DNA of 64,000 nucleotides. It comes from Candidatus Omnitrophota bacterium. Its GTDB lineage: Bacteria > Omnitrophota > Gorgyraeia > Zapsychrales > Fredricksoniimonadaceae. Shown in pieces: positions 26,539 to 36,072 of the stretch. The stretch spans positions 1,285 through 65,284 of the forward strand of contig JADFXH010000006.1 of NCBI GenBank assembly GCA_015233675.1. Direction: 5' to 3'. The notes under the pieces were generated by a model. It saw only the letters and a list, made by a program, of their open reading frames with translations, was not told the origin of the DNA and made no database searches. Both the position numbers and the translations under genes were made by a program. Each line of letters starts with the position of its first letter. The first letter of the stretch is position 1.

Positions 26539-27586
26539 TCTGAATAATATTACCGAAGAACAATTGCTCGCCACCCGGATAGGGGACCTTCCCATCAGTA
26601 TAGAGGGCACCTGGCTTGAGGAATGCGTCAAAGAGCTATATGCTGAACTTGACGCCAGGGGTTTGGTTTTTCATCCTGAGTGTTATCTGGCGGATGAATG
26701 GCTGACGCCTGAGGGTGAGGTGGCGATAGGGATACCTTTTTATCTGGCTCATCCGGCACTGATCAGGCTTGAGCGCCGTATGATGCTGGAAGCTGAAGGT
26801 GAGGGCAAACATTGGTGTATGCAGCTTTTACGCCATGAAGCCGGCCACGCGTTTTCCTATGCCTATAATCTGCATAAAAAGCGTGAGTGGCAGAAAGTAT
26901 TTGGATCCTCAAGGGAAGAATACGGTAATACCTATAAATTCAAGCCTTACAGCAAAAGCTACGTGCGCCATCTGGATGGGTTTTACGCCCAATATCATCC
27001 CGACGAAGACTTTGTCGAAACCTTTGCTGTTTGGCTGACCCCGGACTCTGATTGGCAGAAGAAATACCTGGGGTGGAAAGCCCTGGATAAATTGCAGTTT
27101 GTCGATGGGCTTATGTCATCGATTAAAGGCGTAAACCCGCTTAAAGCTCAGGGCAAGAAATTTTGGCATCAAAAGAACCTGACCATTACGCTGGGGAATT
27201 ATTACAAAAAAAAATACAGGTATGAACAAGAGGAGTTTCCTGATTTTCACGATGTCCAATTGAGAAAAATATTTACTCCTTTGACAGATGAAGAATGGTG
27301 GGCCTTTAAAAAAGATCGTCGTAAGAACAAGGAATTCGTGACGGCCCAGGAACTTATCAGGATACATTCTAAAAATATTTTAAATAGTATTGACCGATGC
27401 ACGGGAGAGCGTAAATATATAATCAGTGATTTATTGAAGAATATCGCCTTAAGGGCCAAACAACTGCATATGATTGTGCCTTCGTCTCAGGCGGTGGCCT
27501 TGATGCAGTTGTCGGTATATGTGACAAGCCTTACGATGAATTATATTCATACAGGCTGGTTGCGTGGAACGAGGCAACGAAAGTAA
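26501..27586 (+). CDS. Putative zinc metallopeptidase-like protein (HExxH)
   Basis: LLRHEAGHAFSY contains HExxH. The size and context next to an ATP-grasp gene resemble the 'putative zinc-binding metallopeptidase' family. ATG 26519 is an alternative start. Confidence 0.5.
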   Translation: MKNSIHMTPKPIDLNNITEEQLLATRIGDLPISIEGTWLEECVKELYAELDARGLVFHPECYLADEWLTPEGEVAIGIPFYLAHPALIRLERRMMLEAEGEGKHWCMQLLRHEAGHAFSYAYNLHKKREWQKVFGSSREEYGNTYKFKPYSKSYVRHLDGFYAQYHPDEDFVETFAVWLTPDSDWQKKYLGWKALDKLQFVDGLMSSIKGVNPLKAQGKKFWHQKNLTITLGNYYKKKYRYEQEEFPDFHDVQLRKIFTPLTDEEWWAFKKDRRKNKEFVTAQELIRIHSKNILNSIDRCTGERKYIISDLLKNIALRAKQLHMIVPSSQAVALMQLSVYVTSLTMNYIHTGWLRGTRQRK

Positions 27587-27591
27587 TCTTT

Positions 27592-28617
27592 ATGAAAAAG
27601 AAGCTTAAAGTCCTGATGCTCTTTTACAGCCCTTATCAGAAACCGCGGGGCTATGATTACAAGGAAGAATTTGCCGATCCGGATAATATGTATACGGAGA
27701 AAGACGTACAGCAGGCCCTTTTAAGTTTGGGGCATGAAGTGTCTTTGCTTGGGATTTATAATAATATCACTCCTTTGTTTGAGGAGATAAAAGAAAACCG
27801 GCCTGATATTATTTTTAATATGATGGAGGTCTTTAACGATCAGACCCAGTTGGAAAAAAATATGGCCGCCCTCCTGGAGATCCTTGACATCCCTTACACA
27901 GGGGCGTCCTCAGGGAATATGTTTGTTTGTAACAACAAAGCATTAAGCAAGAAAATTTTCACATTCCATCATATCAAAGTGTCCAGGTTTCATACGTATT
28001 ATAGGGGCAAGCGTGTGGGGGTTGTCGCCAAACTAAGACTACCGGCGGTGATCAAGCCTTTATGTGAAGAAGCTTCCCGAGGCATTTCACAGGCGTCCAT
28101 TGTGGATAATCCCGAAGCCTTTGTGGAGAGGATCAAATTCATCCATGAGAGTATGCAGATGGATGCTATCGCTGAAGAGTACATCGAAGGCCGCGAATTA
28201 TACGCTGGAGTGCTTGGCCATAAACAGATCACAGTGCTGCCTCCCAGGGAAATGATATTTGGCGACTTGCCTGAAGGAGAGCCCCGAATTGCCACCTATA
28301 AAGCAAAATGGGACGATGCGTACCGGAAAAAATGGGGGATCAAGAGTACATTAGCGGCTAAATTACCTGAAGGATGGCAGAAGAATATTGATGATGTCTG
28401 CCGGCGGGCTTATCGGGCTTTAGATTTGGACAGCTATGTCCGTTTTGATATAAGGGTGACGCAAGCCGGTGAGGTTTATATTATTGAGCCTAATGCCAAT
28501 CCCTGTATCGCCAGGATCGATGAGGTGGCCCAGGCCGCTCTCAAAGCGGGGATCAGTTACGAAGATTTGATTCAGAAAATTCTGGATTTAGGTTTATTGC
28601 GGCATGATCATTTATAA
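27592..28617 (+). CDS. ATP-grasp enzyme of the D-Ala-D-Ala ligase (Ddl-like) family
   Basis: PAVIKPLCEEASRGIS, EEYIEGRELYAGVLG, RFDIRVTQAGEVYIIEPNANP match the ATP-grasp nucleotide and Mg sites. Confidence 0.75.
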   Translation: MKKKLKVLMLFYSPYQKPRGYDYKEEFADPDNMYTEKDVQQALLSLGHEVSLLGIYNNITPLFEEIKENRPDIIFNMMEVFNDQTQLEKNMAALLEILDIPYTGASSGNMFVCNNKALSKKIFTFHHIKVSRFHTYYRGKRVGVVAKLRLPAVIKPLCEEASRGISQASIVDNPEAFVERIKFIHESMQMDAIAEEYIEGRELYAGVLGHKQITVLPPREMIFGDLPEGEPRIATYKAKWDDAYRKKWGIKSTLAAKLPEGWQKNIDDVCRRAYRALDLDSYVRFDIRVTQAGEVYIIEPNANPCIARIDEVAQAALKAGISYEDLIQKILDLGLLRHDHL

Positions 28618-28628
28618 GTGGGGGTGTA

Positions 28629-29408
28629 GTGATGAAATTGACAAAACCGCTGGTGGTCCTGGATCTGGAAACTACCGGCATTTGGATTGAAAAAGACAGG
28701 ATTATCGAGATCGGGATGATTAAAGTAACTCCCGAGGGGCAACAGGAGATTTATTCGACCAAGGTCAATCCGTGCATGCCTATCCCGGCGGTGGTAAGGG
28801 AATTGACCGGCATATCTGATGTTGATGTAAAAGATGCGCCGGTTTTTGGCAAAATTGCAGGCAAGGTATTGGCATTTTTGGAGGGGGCGGATTTAGGCGG
28901 TTTTAATGTTGAACGTTTCGACCTGCCTTTGTTAGCCAGGGAATTTGCCGATGCCGGCATAAAATTTGATTATGCCAACCGCACAGTTTATGATGCTCAA
29001 AAAATTTATCATTTGCATGAGCGCAGGGACCTGTTCGCGGCCTATTCCTTTTACTGTCATCAGGAACTCAAAGACGCGCACTCTGCCACTGCCGATGCCC
29101 AAGCAACCCTGGCTATCCTTCAAGAACAGTTAAAACGTTACGCGGTTTCTCGTGAGGACATTGAAGGCCTTAAAGAATTTGATTATAAACAGTCAAGTGA
29201 ATTCTTTGATAACGAACGCAAATTCCGTTGGTGGAACGGCGATTTGTATATGACCTTTGGTAAATACGCCAAAAAGGAGCCTCTAAAGACCATTGCCAAA
29301 AAAGATCCTCAATATTTAGAATGGGTTTTGGATAAGGATTTTTCTGATGAAGTGAAAAATATGATCCAGGGCGTTTTAAACGGCCAGTATCCCAAACAGG
29401 AAGGATAG
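28629..29408 (+). CDS. DnaQ-like 3'-5' exonuclease with C-terminal DUF3820-like extension
   Basis: VVLDLETTG (Exo I), GFNVERFDLPLL (Exo II), HSATADAQAT (Exo III). C-terminal FGKYAKKEPLKTIAKKDPQYLEWVL. Confidence 0.8.
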   Translation: MMKLTKPLVVLDLETTGIWIEKDRIIEIGMIKVTPEGQQEIYSTKVNPCMPIPAVVRELTGISDVDVKDAPVFGKIAGKVLAFLEGADLGGFNVERFDLPLLAREFADAGIKFDYANRTVYDAQKIYHLHERRDLFAAYSFYCHQELKDAHSATADAQATLAILQEQLKRYAVSREDIEGLKEFDYKQSSEFFDNERKFRWWNGDLYMTFGKYAKKEPLKTIAKKDPQYLEWVLDKDFSDEVKNMIQGVLNGQYPKQEG

Positions 29409-29491
29409 CAAAACATTTGAGGGAATTTTAATTTTTATGTTACAATACAAAAAATTAAATCAGGTTATTTTTAGCATAGCGGAGAAAATAG

Positions 29492-29968
29492 ATGGCTAAT
29501 TCATTTAAAAGCACATGGTGGATTTTTTTATTGATCGCGGCGGGCGGGATTATTTTCTTTTTGAGTTATCATCCAAATAATCCTCAAGGTGAGCAGGGCA
29601 TTGTATTAAATGACATTCTTCATCAACAGATCGTAAATACACAGGCTGCAGAGCCTTTTACAGCTCCTGCCCCAAAAACTGATCCTGTGCCGCCTATGGC
29701 GATTATAACAAGTCCTGTCAACGGTCATGAGGCCGGTATTACTATTCAGGTGTACTCTTTTCAGGACAAAAACAGGGCTGAAAACGCTTTGCATGCTTTA
29801 AAAAATAATGGGTATCAGGCATTTTTGATCATCAGTGATTTAGGGCAAAAGGGAGTCTGGTACAGGGTGCGTGTTGGCGGGATCACCGATGAGACTGCGG
29901 CGCATAAAATGTTAGAAGAGATCCGTAAAACCTATAACAGCGGCTTTATTCTTAAGCCCAAAAATTAA
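29492..29968 (+). CDS. SPOR domain protein (membrane anchored)
   Basis: N-terminal TM helix. C-terminal ITIQVYSFQDKNRAENALHALKNNGYQAFLI...VWYRVRVGG is the SPOR pattern. Confidence 0.75.
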   Translation: MANSFKSTWWIFLLIAAGGIIFFLSYHPNNPQGEQGIVLNDILHQQIVNTQAAEPFTAPAPKTDPVPPMAIITSPVNGHEAGITIQVYSFQDKNRAENALHALKNNGYQAFLIISDLGQKGVWYRVRVGGITDETAAHKMLEEIRKTYNSGFILKPKN

Positions 29969-29969
29969 T

Positions 29970-30347
29970 ATGAAAATCCTTGTGGTTGATGACTCATTGC
30001 TGGACCGTAAACTATTAATCCGTATTTTAATGAAATCAGGCATTTCCCAGGAAATTCTTCAAGCCGAGAATGGTGAGCAGGCCATGGAGATCCTCGCTAA
30101 TAATTACAAGGACATTTGCTTAATATTATTAGATTGGCAGATGCCTAAAATTTCCGGCATTGAGCTAATGGCCGGTATCGTTAAAATTCCGGAACTGTCT
30201 AATATCCCCATTATCATGGTCACTGCTTCCGGTTCTGACGAGAACAAGCGAACGGCCGGTCATGTCAATCCTAATTTGGCCGGCTATTTGGTCAAGCCCT
30301 ATAAACCCGAAGAATTATTGTCAATGATAAAGCCTTTTTTGCGTTAA
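29970..30347 (+). CDS. Single-domain response regulator (CheY-like receiver)
   Basis: MKILVVDDS..., LILLDWQMPKISGIEL (phospho-acceptor Asp), MVTAS, KP. Confidence 0.85.
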   Translation: MKILVVDDSLLDRKLLIRILMKSGISQEILQAENGEQAMEILANNYKDICLILLDWQMPKISGIELMAGIVKIPELSNIPIIMVTASGSDENKRTAGHVNPNLAGYLVKPYKPEELLSMIKPFLR

Positions 30348-30360
30348 ACGAAAACCATTT

Positions 30361-31020
30361 ATGCAAGAAAATGATTTCAATCCATTGGATGTAAATAAGT
30401 TTAAAGAAATCGTCCAAAGCGAGAGCGCCAGGATGAATTTGAAATCTTTCTCTAGCGCAGGCGAGAGTGCTTTTACTCTGGCCTTAGCACTTACTGCGGC
30501 GGTGAAGAAAGTCTTTTATGAAAAATCAAAAATAACTTTTTCCAGCGAGCCCAAAATAGAAAAAAGAATTCTTACCCTGTTTCTTCACAGGATGCGTGTT
30601 GATGCCATGGAAAAATTCAACACTACCACGGTTTTTTCTGTTCTTGAGTTTGCCGCTAATGCAGAAGGTTTGGAAAAAAAAGAATTTTTGATTACATTGG
30701 TAGTTTATTTGGAACAGAAGTTCTTGCCGGAATTTTTGCGCTTGATGCAATATCCTTATATTGATTCTGATGATGAGATGGAAGTTAAGGATGGCTGCGG
30801 GACGCTTGTCAATTTGATCGCCGGTCAATTTAAAAAAGAAATGGCCAAGCTGGGGTACAGAGACATGATGATGTCGCATTTTGACAGTTATATTAATACC
30901 GCTGTGGATGGGGTAAGCATCCCGATCGGGGCGACGGAAAAATATGAGCTTAGTTTTGAAGTTGAAGAGACCAAGCGCTTGGTTATTGAAATGATGACTT
31001 TCCCCATGCTTCCAAAATAA
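30361..31020 (+). CDS. Hypothetical protein, possibly CheX/CheC-like
   Basis: Lies next to the CheY-like gene. GTLVNLIAGQFKKEM is weakly reminiscent of the CheC/CheX E..N..G motif. Confidence 0.3.
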   Translation: MQENDFNPLDVNKFKEIVQSESARMNLKSFSSAGESAFTLALALTAAVKKVFYEKSKITFSSEPKIEKRILTLFLHRMRVDAMEKFNTTTVFSVLEFAANAEGLEKKEFLITLVVYLEQKFLPEFLRLMQYPYIDSDDEMEVKDGCGTLVNLIAGQFKKEMAKLGYRDMMMSHFDSYINTAVDGVSIPIGATEKYELSFEVEETKRLVIEMMTFPMLPK

Positions 31021-31053
31021 TAATCCTTTGTTTAGAATGATTCGGAGGTTAAT

Positions 31054-32691
31054 TTGTTAATAGAAAAAAATTCAATGGTTTTATCAGACATAACCGCTTT
31101 GGGCATAAACCAAATTGCCCAACTTTATTATAATCTTTCTTTTGATGAACTTTTTTACCATGAAACAGGGCGGCAACTGCAAGGCTATGAGAAAGCCACG
31201 GTTTCTTCTTTAGGCGCCGTAGCGGTGGATACAGGAAAATTTACCGGCCGCTCCCCAAAAGACAAATACATTGTCATGGATGACTCAACCAAGAGTACTG
31301 TCTGGTGGGCGGATGGCAAGGCTTCAGGTTCAGATAATAAACCGATCAGTAAAGAAACATGGGGACATCTTAAAGAGTTGTCTGTTAAACAATTAAGCGG
31401 TAAAAGACTTTATGTGGTAGATGGATTTTGCGGGGCCAATAAAGATACCCGGATCAGCGTCCGTTTAGTGACCGAAGTTGCCTGGATGGCGCATTTTTTC
31501 AAGAATATGTTTATCCGGCCAACTGGGCCGGAATTGAATGAATTTAATCCGGACTGGACCATTCTTAACGCCTGTAAAACCTCATGCGTTGATTTTACCA
31601 AGCATGGGTTGCGTTCAGAAGTGTTTGTGGCTTTTAACATCACCGAGCGTATGACGGTCATTGGAGGCACATGGTATGGCGGGGAAATGAAAAAAGGCAT
31701 TTTTTCGATCATGAATTATTTTTTGCCTTTAAAAGGCATTGGTTCTTTTCATTGTTCGGCGAACATGGGAAAAAGCAAAGATACTGCATTATTTTTCGGG
31801 CTTTCAGGCACCGGCAAGACCACCTTGTCGACCGATCCCAAACGGGCCCTTATCGGTGACGACGAACATGGTTGGGACAATGACGGTGTATTTAATTTTG
31901 AAGGCGGCTGTTATGCCAAGTGCATTGGTCTTACAGCCCAGCGTGAGCCGGAAGTTTATGCCGCCATCAAACGTGACGCTCTTCTTGAAAATGTTGATAT
32001 TGATGATAAAGGACAAATAGATTTTGCCTCCCAGAAGAAGACAGAAAATACTCGGGTGTCCTATCCGATGGGCCATATTGAAAATATCGTTAAACCGGTG
32101 TCTAAAGGCGGGCATCCTTCCAAAATTATATTCTTAGCCTGTGATGCTTACGGGGTGCTTCCCGCAGTGGCTAAATTGACCAAAGAACAGGCCATGTATC
32201 ATTATTTAAGCGGTTATACCGCTAAAGTGGCAGGGACAGAGCTTGGGATCAAACAGCCGCAGGCGACTTTTTCAGCTTGTTTCGGCAAAGCGTTTTTGAT
32301 GGTGCATCCAACCTTGTATGCTGATATTTTGGCTGAGAAAATGCAGGAACATAACGCTTCTGCCTACCTTATTAATACCGGCTGGATTGCCGGTCCTTAC
32401 GGGGCAGGTTATCGCATACCTTTAAAAGACAATCGTCTGGCTGTAGATGCTATTTTAGACGGCAGTGTTGATCAAAATGGTTTTGACATCTTGCCGGTTT
32501 TTAATCTTCAGATACCAAAACATATTAACGGGGTGGATGATAAAACATTAAATCCTCGTAATTTATGGGCAGATAAAGACGCATATGATTCCTCTTTACA
32601 TAAATTGGGGGGAATGTTTGTCGATAATTTTAAACTTTTTACGGATACTCCAAACGGCCGCAATCTGGTTAGTGCTGGTCCTCAGTTATAG
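31054..32691 (+). CDS. pckA: Phosphoenolpyruvate carboxykinase (ATP)
   Basis: [28 protein letters not shown] kinase-1a motif, with length and overall collinearity to PckA. The ORF-track start is TTG. Confidence 0.9.
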   Translation: MLIEKNSMVLSDITALGINQIAQLYYNLSFDELFYHETGRQLQGYEKATVSSLGAVAVDTGKFTGRSPKDKYIVMDDSTKSTVWWADGKASGSDNKPISKETWGHLKELSVKQLSGKRLYVVDGFCGANKDTRISVRLVTEVAWMAHFFKNMFIRPTGPELNEFNPDWTILNACKTSCVDFTKHGLRSEVFVAFNITERMTVIGGTWYGGEMKKGIFSIMNYFLPLKGIGSFHCSANMGKSKDTALFFGLSGTGKTTLSTDPKRALIGDDEHGWDNDGVFNFEGGCYAKCIGLTAQREPEVYAAIKRDALLENVDIDDKGQIDFASQKKTENTRVSYPMGHIENIVKPVSKGGHPSKIIFLACDAYGVLPAVAKLTKEQAMYHYLSGYTAKVAGTELGIKQPQATFSACFGKAFLMVHPTLYADILAEKMQEHNASAYLINTGWIAGPYGAGYRIPLKDNRLAVDAILDGSVDQNGFDILPVFNLQIPKHINGVDDKTLNPRNLWADKDAYDSSLHKLGGMFVDNFKLFTDTPNGRNLVSAGPQL

Positions 32692-32706
32692 AATATCAAT
32701 AGATCT

Positions 32707-33300
32707 ATGTTAAACGATATCCTGCTGGTCTTTATTCCTATGTTCTTTACCGTTGACCCTATCGGTATTTTGCCGGTATTTGCGTCTTTGACCGAGGGAT
32801 TGGACCCTCAAGAAAAGAGGGAGATCATCTGCCAATCGTTAATTACGGCAAGTTTAGTGGCAGTTGGTTTTATTTTTTTAGGCAAAGGTATTTTCCATTT
32901 TTTAGGAATTACTATGGGAGATTTTATGGTGGCGGGCGGAGTTATCCTGTTTTGCCTGGCTATGGTGGATTTGACTACCCAAAGTAAGACCCGTCGGGGT
33001 ATGGCTAAGGAATTGGGGGCTGTGCCTATCGGAACGCCGTTGATCGTAGGCCCCGCGGTTTTGACAATTTCATTGATGTTAGTAAGCGTGTACGGTCTCG
33101 CGATTACGCTGACCGCTTTATTCCTAAATATCGCCATTGTAGGAATTGTATTTATTTTTTCAGACACCCTGATGCGTCTCTTGGGGGTTGCTGGTTCCCG
33201 CGCTTTATCCAAGGTGATGATGCTTCTTTTGGCCGCCATCGGAGTGATGATGGTCAGACGCGGCATCATTGAAATCATGTCCGGCATGCACACTTTCTAA
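32707..33300 (+). CDS. MarC-family (UPF0056) integral membrane protein
   Basis: FIPMFFTVDPIGILPVFASLTEGL N-terminus and six hydrophobic segments. Confidence 0.8.
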   Translation: MLNDILLVFIPMFFTVDPIGILPVFASLTEGLDPQEKREIICQSLITASLVAVGFIFLGKGIFHFLGITMGDFMVAGGVILFCLAMVDLTTQSKTRRGMAKELGAVPIGTPLIVGPAVLTISLMLVSVYGLAITLTALFLNIAIVGIVFIFSDTLMRLLGVAGSRALSKVMMLLLAAIGVMMVRRGIIEIMSGMHTF

Positions 33301-33310
33301 TACACTATCT

Positions 33311-34549
33311 ATGCATTGGTTTATAAGACTGACAACAGCTATTTTTTTGACGGTAATTTCCTTTATATTGCTGCTAAGCGTAAGCCTGTCCTATTTGATA
33401 GTGACGCCTTTAGGCGGTAAGATACTGCTGCGCTATTTTAAGCAGGAGTTTTCCGCAGTGGGGATGATGCATGTGGGCCATTATGAAGGAAGTCTTCAAA
33501 ATGGGTTTATCCTTAAGGATATAAGTATCAAGGGTTTGTCCTATCTGCCGGATGCTCTTTTGCGTATTCAAGAGATTCGTGTGTACCTTTCTTTATGGCC
33601 CCTGCCTCATCACGATTTTGATATTTTTAATGCGCGAATTTTTATACCTGACAGCGATCCTGTTGTATTTACCGGCAAGGTGTGCGCGGGGCAAATCAAA
33701 GGCAATTTTTATTCCAAGTCTGTAGACATTCATGAAGCCAGCCGTTTTTGGGCCAGCGAGGACATCAGGAAGAATATGAAGGGCTTTGTTTCTGATTTTG
33801 ATGCAACAATTCAAGGGCCCTTGTCTTCACCCAGGGTCACGGGCCATTTTTTGGCAGATAATATACAGTATGAATCGGTTCTTCTTACAGAAGGCTTTTC
33901 ACGGATGGATTTGATCTTAATACCTGCTAAAAGTCAAGTTCAAGTGAAAGGTGAGGTGATTGTGGAATCCGGGCTTGTCAAAGTAAGGCGGACTAACCTG
34001 GATTTAATGCAAAGCAGGTTTAATTTTCAGAATAATATTCTTAACCCGATAATAGATATCCATTTGGGTGCTAAGGTTGAAGATATGGAAATTTATTTGA
34101 CGATTAAAGGGACTTTGGCAGATCCGCAGCTGACAGTGACTTCAGACCCGCCTATGGCTCCTCAGGAAGCGTTACAAGTATTATTTACCGGTAATGCCTG
34201 GGAGCCGACAACTGCCCCATTTAAGGGTGTCTCCTCAGGTGAATTAGCTCAGGATTTTTTAAATTATTCCCTATCGAAGGCCAATGATCAGCAACAATTT
34301 GGACTTAAGACAAAATTAACTGATAATTTAAAGCTTGGAGTGGCAATGGACCAGCTGCCATCGCCTCCGGGAGAAACAAATATCTATTATTCCCGGAAGA
34401 TTGAGGGGGAGATGGACATGAGTGATCATATGAGCTTGAATATTTCAAAAGGGATTTTGCCTCAGGACAGGGGCGCATCCCAAAGCCCTCAAGATTCCCA
34501 GTCAGGGGCTGAGACCCAAGTTTACCTGCAGTATAAAAAAAGATTTTGA
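33311..34549 (+). CDS. TamB/DUF490-like translocation-and-assembly-module protein (short form)
   Basis: N-terminal anchor. C-terminal LTVTSDPPMAPQEALQVLFTG resembles the DUF490 end of TamB/AsmA-like proteins. Start taken at ATG 33311. Confidence 0.5.
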   Translation: MHWFIRLTTAIFLTVISFILLLSVSLSYLIVTPLGGKILLRYFKQEFSAVGMMHVGHYEGSLQNGFILKDISIKGLSYLPDALLRIQEIRVYLSLWPLPHHDFDIFNARIFIPDSDPVVFTGKVCAGQIKGNFYSKSVDIHEASRFWASEDIRKNMKGFVSDFDATIQGPLSSPRVTGHFLADNIQYESVLLTEGFSRMDLILIPAKSQVQVKGEVIVESGLVKVRRTNLDLMQSRFNFQNNILNPIIDIHLGAKVEDMEIYLTIKGTLADPQLTVTSDPPMAPQEALQVLFTGNAWEPTTAPFKGVSSGELAQDFLNYSLSKANDQQQFGLKTKLTDNLKLGVAMDQLPSPPGETNIYYSRKIEGEMDMSDHMSLNISKGILPQDRGASQSPQDSQSGAETQVYLQYKKRF

Positions 34550-34672
34550 AGATAAAATCCTTAATTAAGAAAACAAAAATAAATAGTCAAGAATGAAATC
34601 ATGCGTTAGAATGCAGGCCTTTGGAATAATAAACGATATTAAAAGCATCATTATTAAGGAAGAGAGGGTTTT

Positions 34673-35221
34673 ATGAGAAAATTTTTAACAGGCATCGTTT
34701 TTTTATTGGCAGTGGGCATGTTCAATTTTTGCGCTTACGCAGATGATCCGGTGGTGGGGCCTGGTAAAAAAGTTACATTAAATTATACTTTGACAGTTGA
34801 TAATAAGGATGTAGAGACCTCAGTAGGCAAAGCTCCGCTGGCCTATGTGGTTGGCAATCACGATATTATTCCGGGATTGGAATCCCAGATAAACGGCATG
34901 CGTATAAACGAAGAAAAGGTCATTAATGTTGAAGCTAAAAATGGGTATGGCCAGGTAGACTTAAAGGCATTTAAAGAATTTCCCGTATCTGCTTTGCCAA
35001 AAGAATTGACTCCTAAAGTAGGTTTGGTCTTACAGGCTACCTCTCCGGACGGTTCCATGTTTCCGGCTGTAATTTCCGAACTCAAAGGGGATAAGGTGGT
35101 TTTGAACTTCAATCATCCTCTGGCCGGCAAGGATTTGACATTTAAAGTGAAAATTTTAAAAATTGAGAATGCTCCGGTGGTTGTTCCAATACCGACTATT
35201 GCCGCCCAGCAAACGAAATAG
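34673..35221 (+). CDS. FKBP-type peptidyl-prolyl isomerase (SlyD/FkpA-like), secreted
   Basis: Signal peptide. KVTLNYTLTV...LAYVVGNHDIIPGLESQINGM...LNFNHPLAGKDLTFKVKILKIE. Confidence 0.8.
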   Translation: MRKFLTGIVFLLAVGMFNFCAYADDPVVGPGKKVTLNYTLTVDNKDVETSVGKAPLAYVVGNHDIIPGLESQINGMRINEEKVINVEAKNGYGQVDLKAFKEFPVSALPKELTPKVGLVLQATSPDGSMFPAVISELKGDKVVLNFNHPLAGKDLTFKVKILKIENAPVVVPIPTIAAQQTK

Positions 35222-35227
35222 AAAAAA

Positions 35228-35290
35228 AGTGACGGATGCTTGTATAAATAATTTGAAAAAATTAGGATAAAAGTGTCCGTCACTTTTTTC
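35228..35290. terminator. Possible bidirectional terminator-like hairpin
   Basis: agtgacgga (35228..35236) pairs with tccgtcact (35276..35284), flanked by an A-run and a T-run. The 39-nt AT-rich loop makes it weak. Confidence 0.3.
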
Positions 35291-35309
35291 TTTATGTTAT
35301 AATTACCAT

Positions 35310-35759
35310 ATGTCGATTAAAAAAGCAGATATTAAACAATACTTGCTGGACACCAAGGTCGGGGAAGTCATGACTTCACCTGTCATTACGGTTAAAGAGA
35401 CCGATGATTTTTCAACGGTACAGGAGAAAATCGCTTTATATGATCTGAGGCATTTGCCGGTGATTAATGAAGCGGGTTGTATTATTGGTATTATTACACA
35501 GCGTGATCTTTATCAAATACATTCCCCCAGAAGACTAGAAGATGGCAGCTGGTATTATGATAAGGAAGCTTTAAATCAGTTTTTGCTTAAAAATGTTATG
35601 CATCCTAAACCTTTTACCTTAAAACCCAATAATTCACTTTATGAATTCATTGAGGCTACGGTTCGTTTCAAATTCGGTTGTATTCCTGTTGTGGATGATT
35701 ATAGACATCCCTGCGGTATCCTTACCCGTGACACAATCCTTAAGTTTTTTATCTCCTAA
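35310..35759 (+). CDS. CBS-domain pair protein
   Basis: VGEVMTSPVITV...LRHLPVINEAGCIIGIITQRDL and a second CBS repeat, VMHPKPFTL...GCIPVVDD...GILTRDTIL. Confidence 0.75.
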   Translation: MSIKKADIKQYLLDTKVGEVMTSPVITVKETDDFSTVQEKIALYDLRHLPVINEAGCIIGIITQRDLYQIHSPRRLEDGSWYYDKEALNQFLLKNVMHPKPFTLKPNNSLYEFIEATVRFKFGCIPVVDDYRHPCGILTRDTILKFFIS

Positions 35760-35875
35760 TTTTTTTTCATAGTTGAAATCAACCTTTATCCGTGCTTCGT
35801 CTTTCCCTAATATAAGAGCTTTAATCTTATGTAGTGGGGCGTATTCCTTTTATATTTTTTATCCCCCCTCCCTAG

Positions 35876-35896
35876 CCCTCCCCGCAAGGGGGAGGG
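35876..35896. repeat. GC-rich REP-like hairpin
   Basis: ccctcccc gcaa(g) ggggaggg stem-loop in an otherwise AT-rich spacer. A related ggggaggga string recurs at ~35934. Confidence 0.4.
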
Positions 35897-35991
35897 AATC
35901 AATCTCCTAAATTTGCTTTATGATTACCTTTGTAAGGGGAGGGAAAATAAATTTTTTCTAAGCGTTAACACCATTAACCCAAGTTTGAACT

Positions 35992-36024
35992 CTTAATATT
36001 TCCTTAATATTTCCTTAATATAAG
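35992..36024 (+). promoter_or_regulatory. Pho-box-like tandem 11-bp direct repeats upstream of the porin-pst operon
   Basis: cttaatatttc (35992..36002), cttaatatttc (36003..36013) and cttaatataag (36014..36024). A CATAAT -10-like hexamer lies at 36030..36035, and RBS aggagggg precedes ATG 36073. Confidence 0.45.
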
Positions 36025-36072
36025 AACCACATAATTGTCATGTCAAATTAAAACGCCTAAACAGGAGGGGTC

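Noticed and set aside
32808-33293. Long antisense ORFs: 161 aa opposite marC, and likewise 49857..50351 opposite pnp, 15395..15868 opposite the rSAM/asnB-like genes, 38185..38625 opposite pstS/pstC, and 44737..45171 opposite parA
   Set aside because: Each lies fully inside a well-supported gene on the other strand and has no recognisable motifs or RBS. They are shadow ORFs.
35992-36024. Tandem repeats as a possible mini-CRISPR or other array
   Set aside because: There are only about 2.7 copies of an 11-bp unit with no spacers, and no cas genes or repeat-spacer architecture anywhere in the window. They are better explained as a regulator-binding direct repeat.
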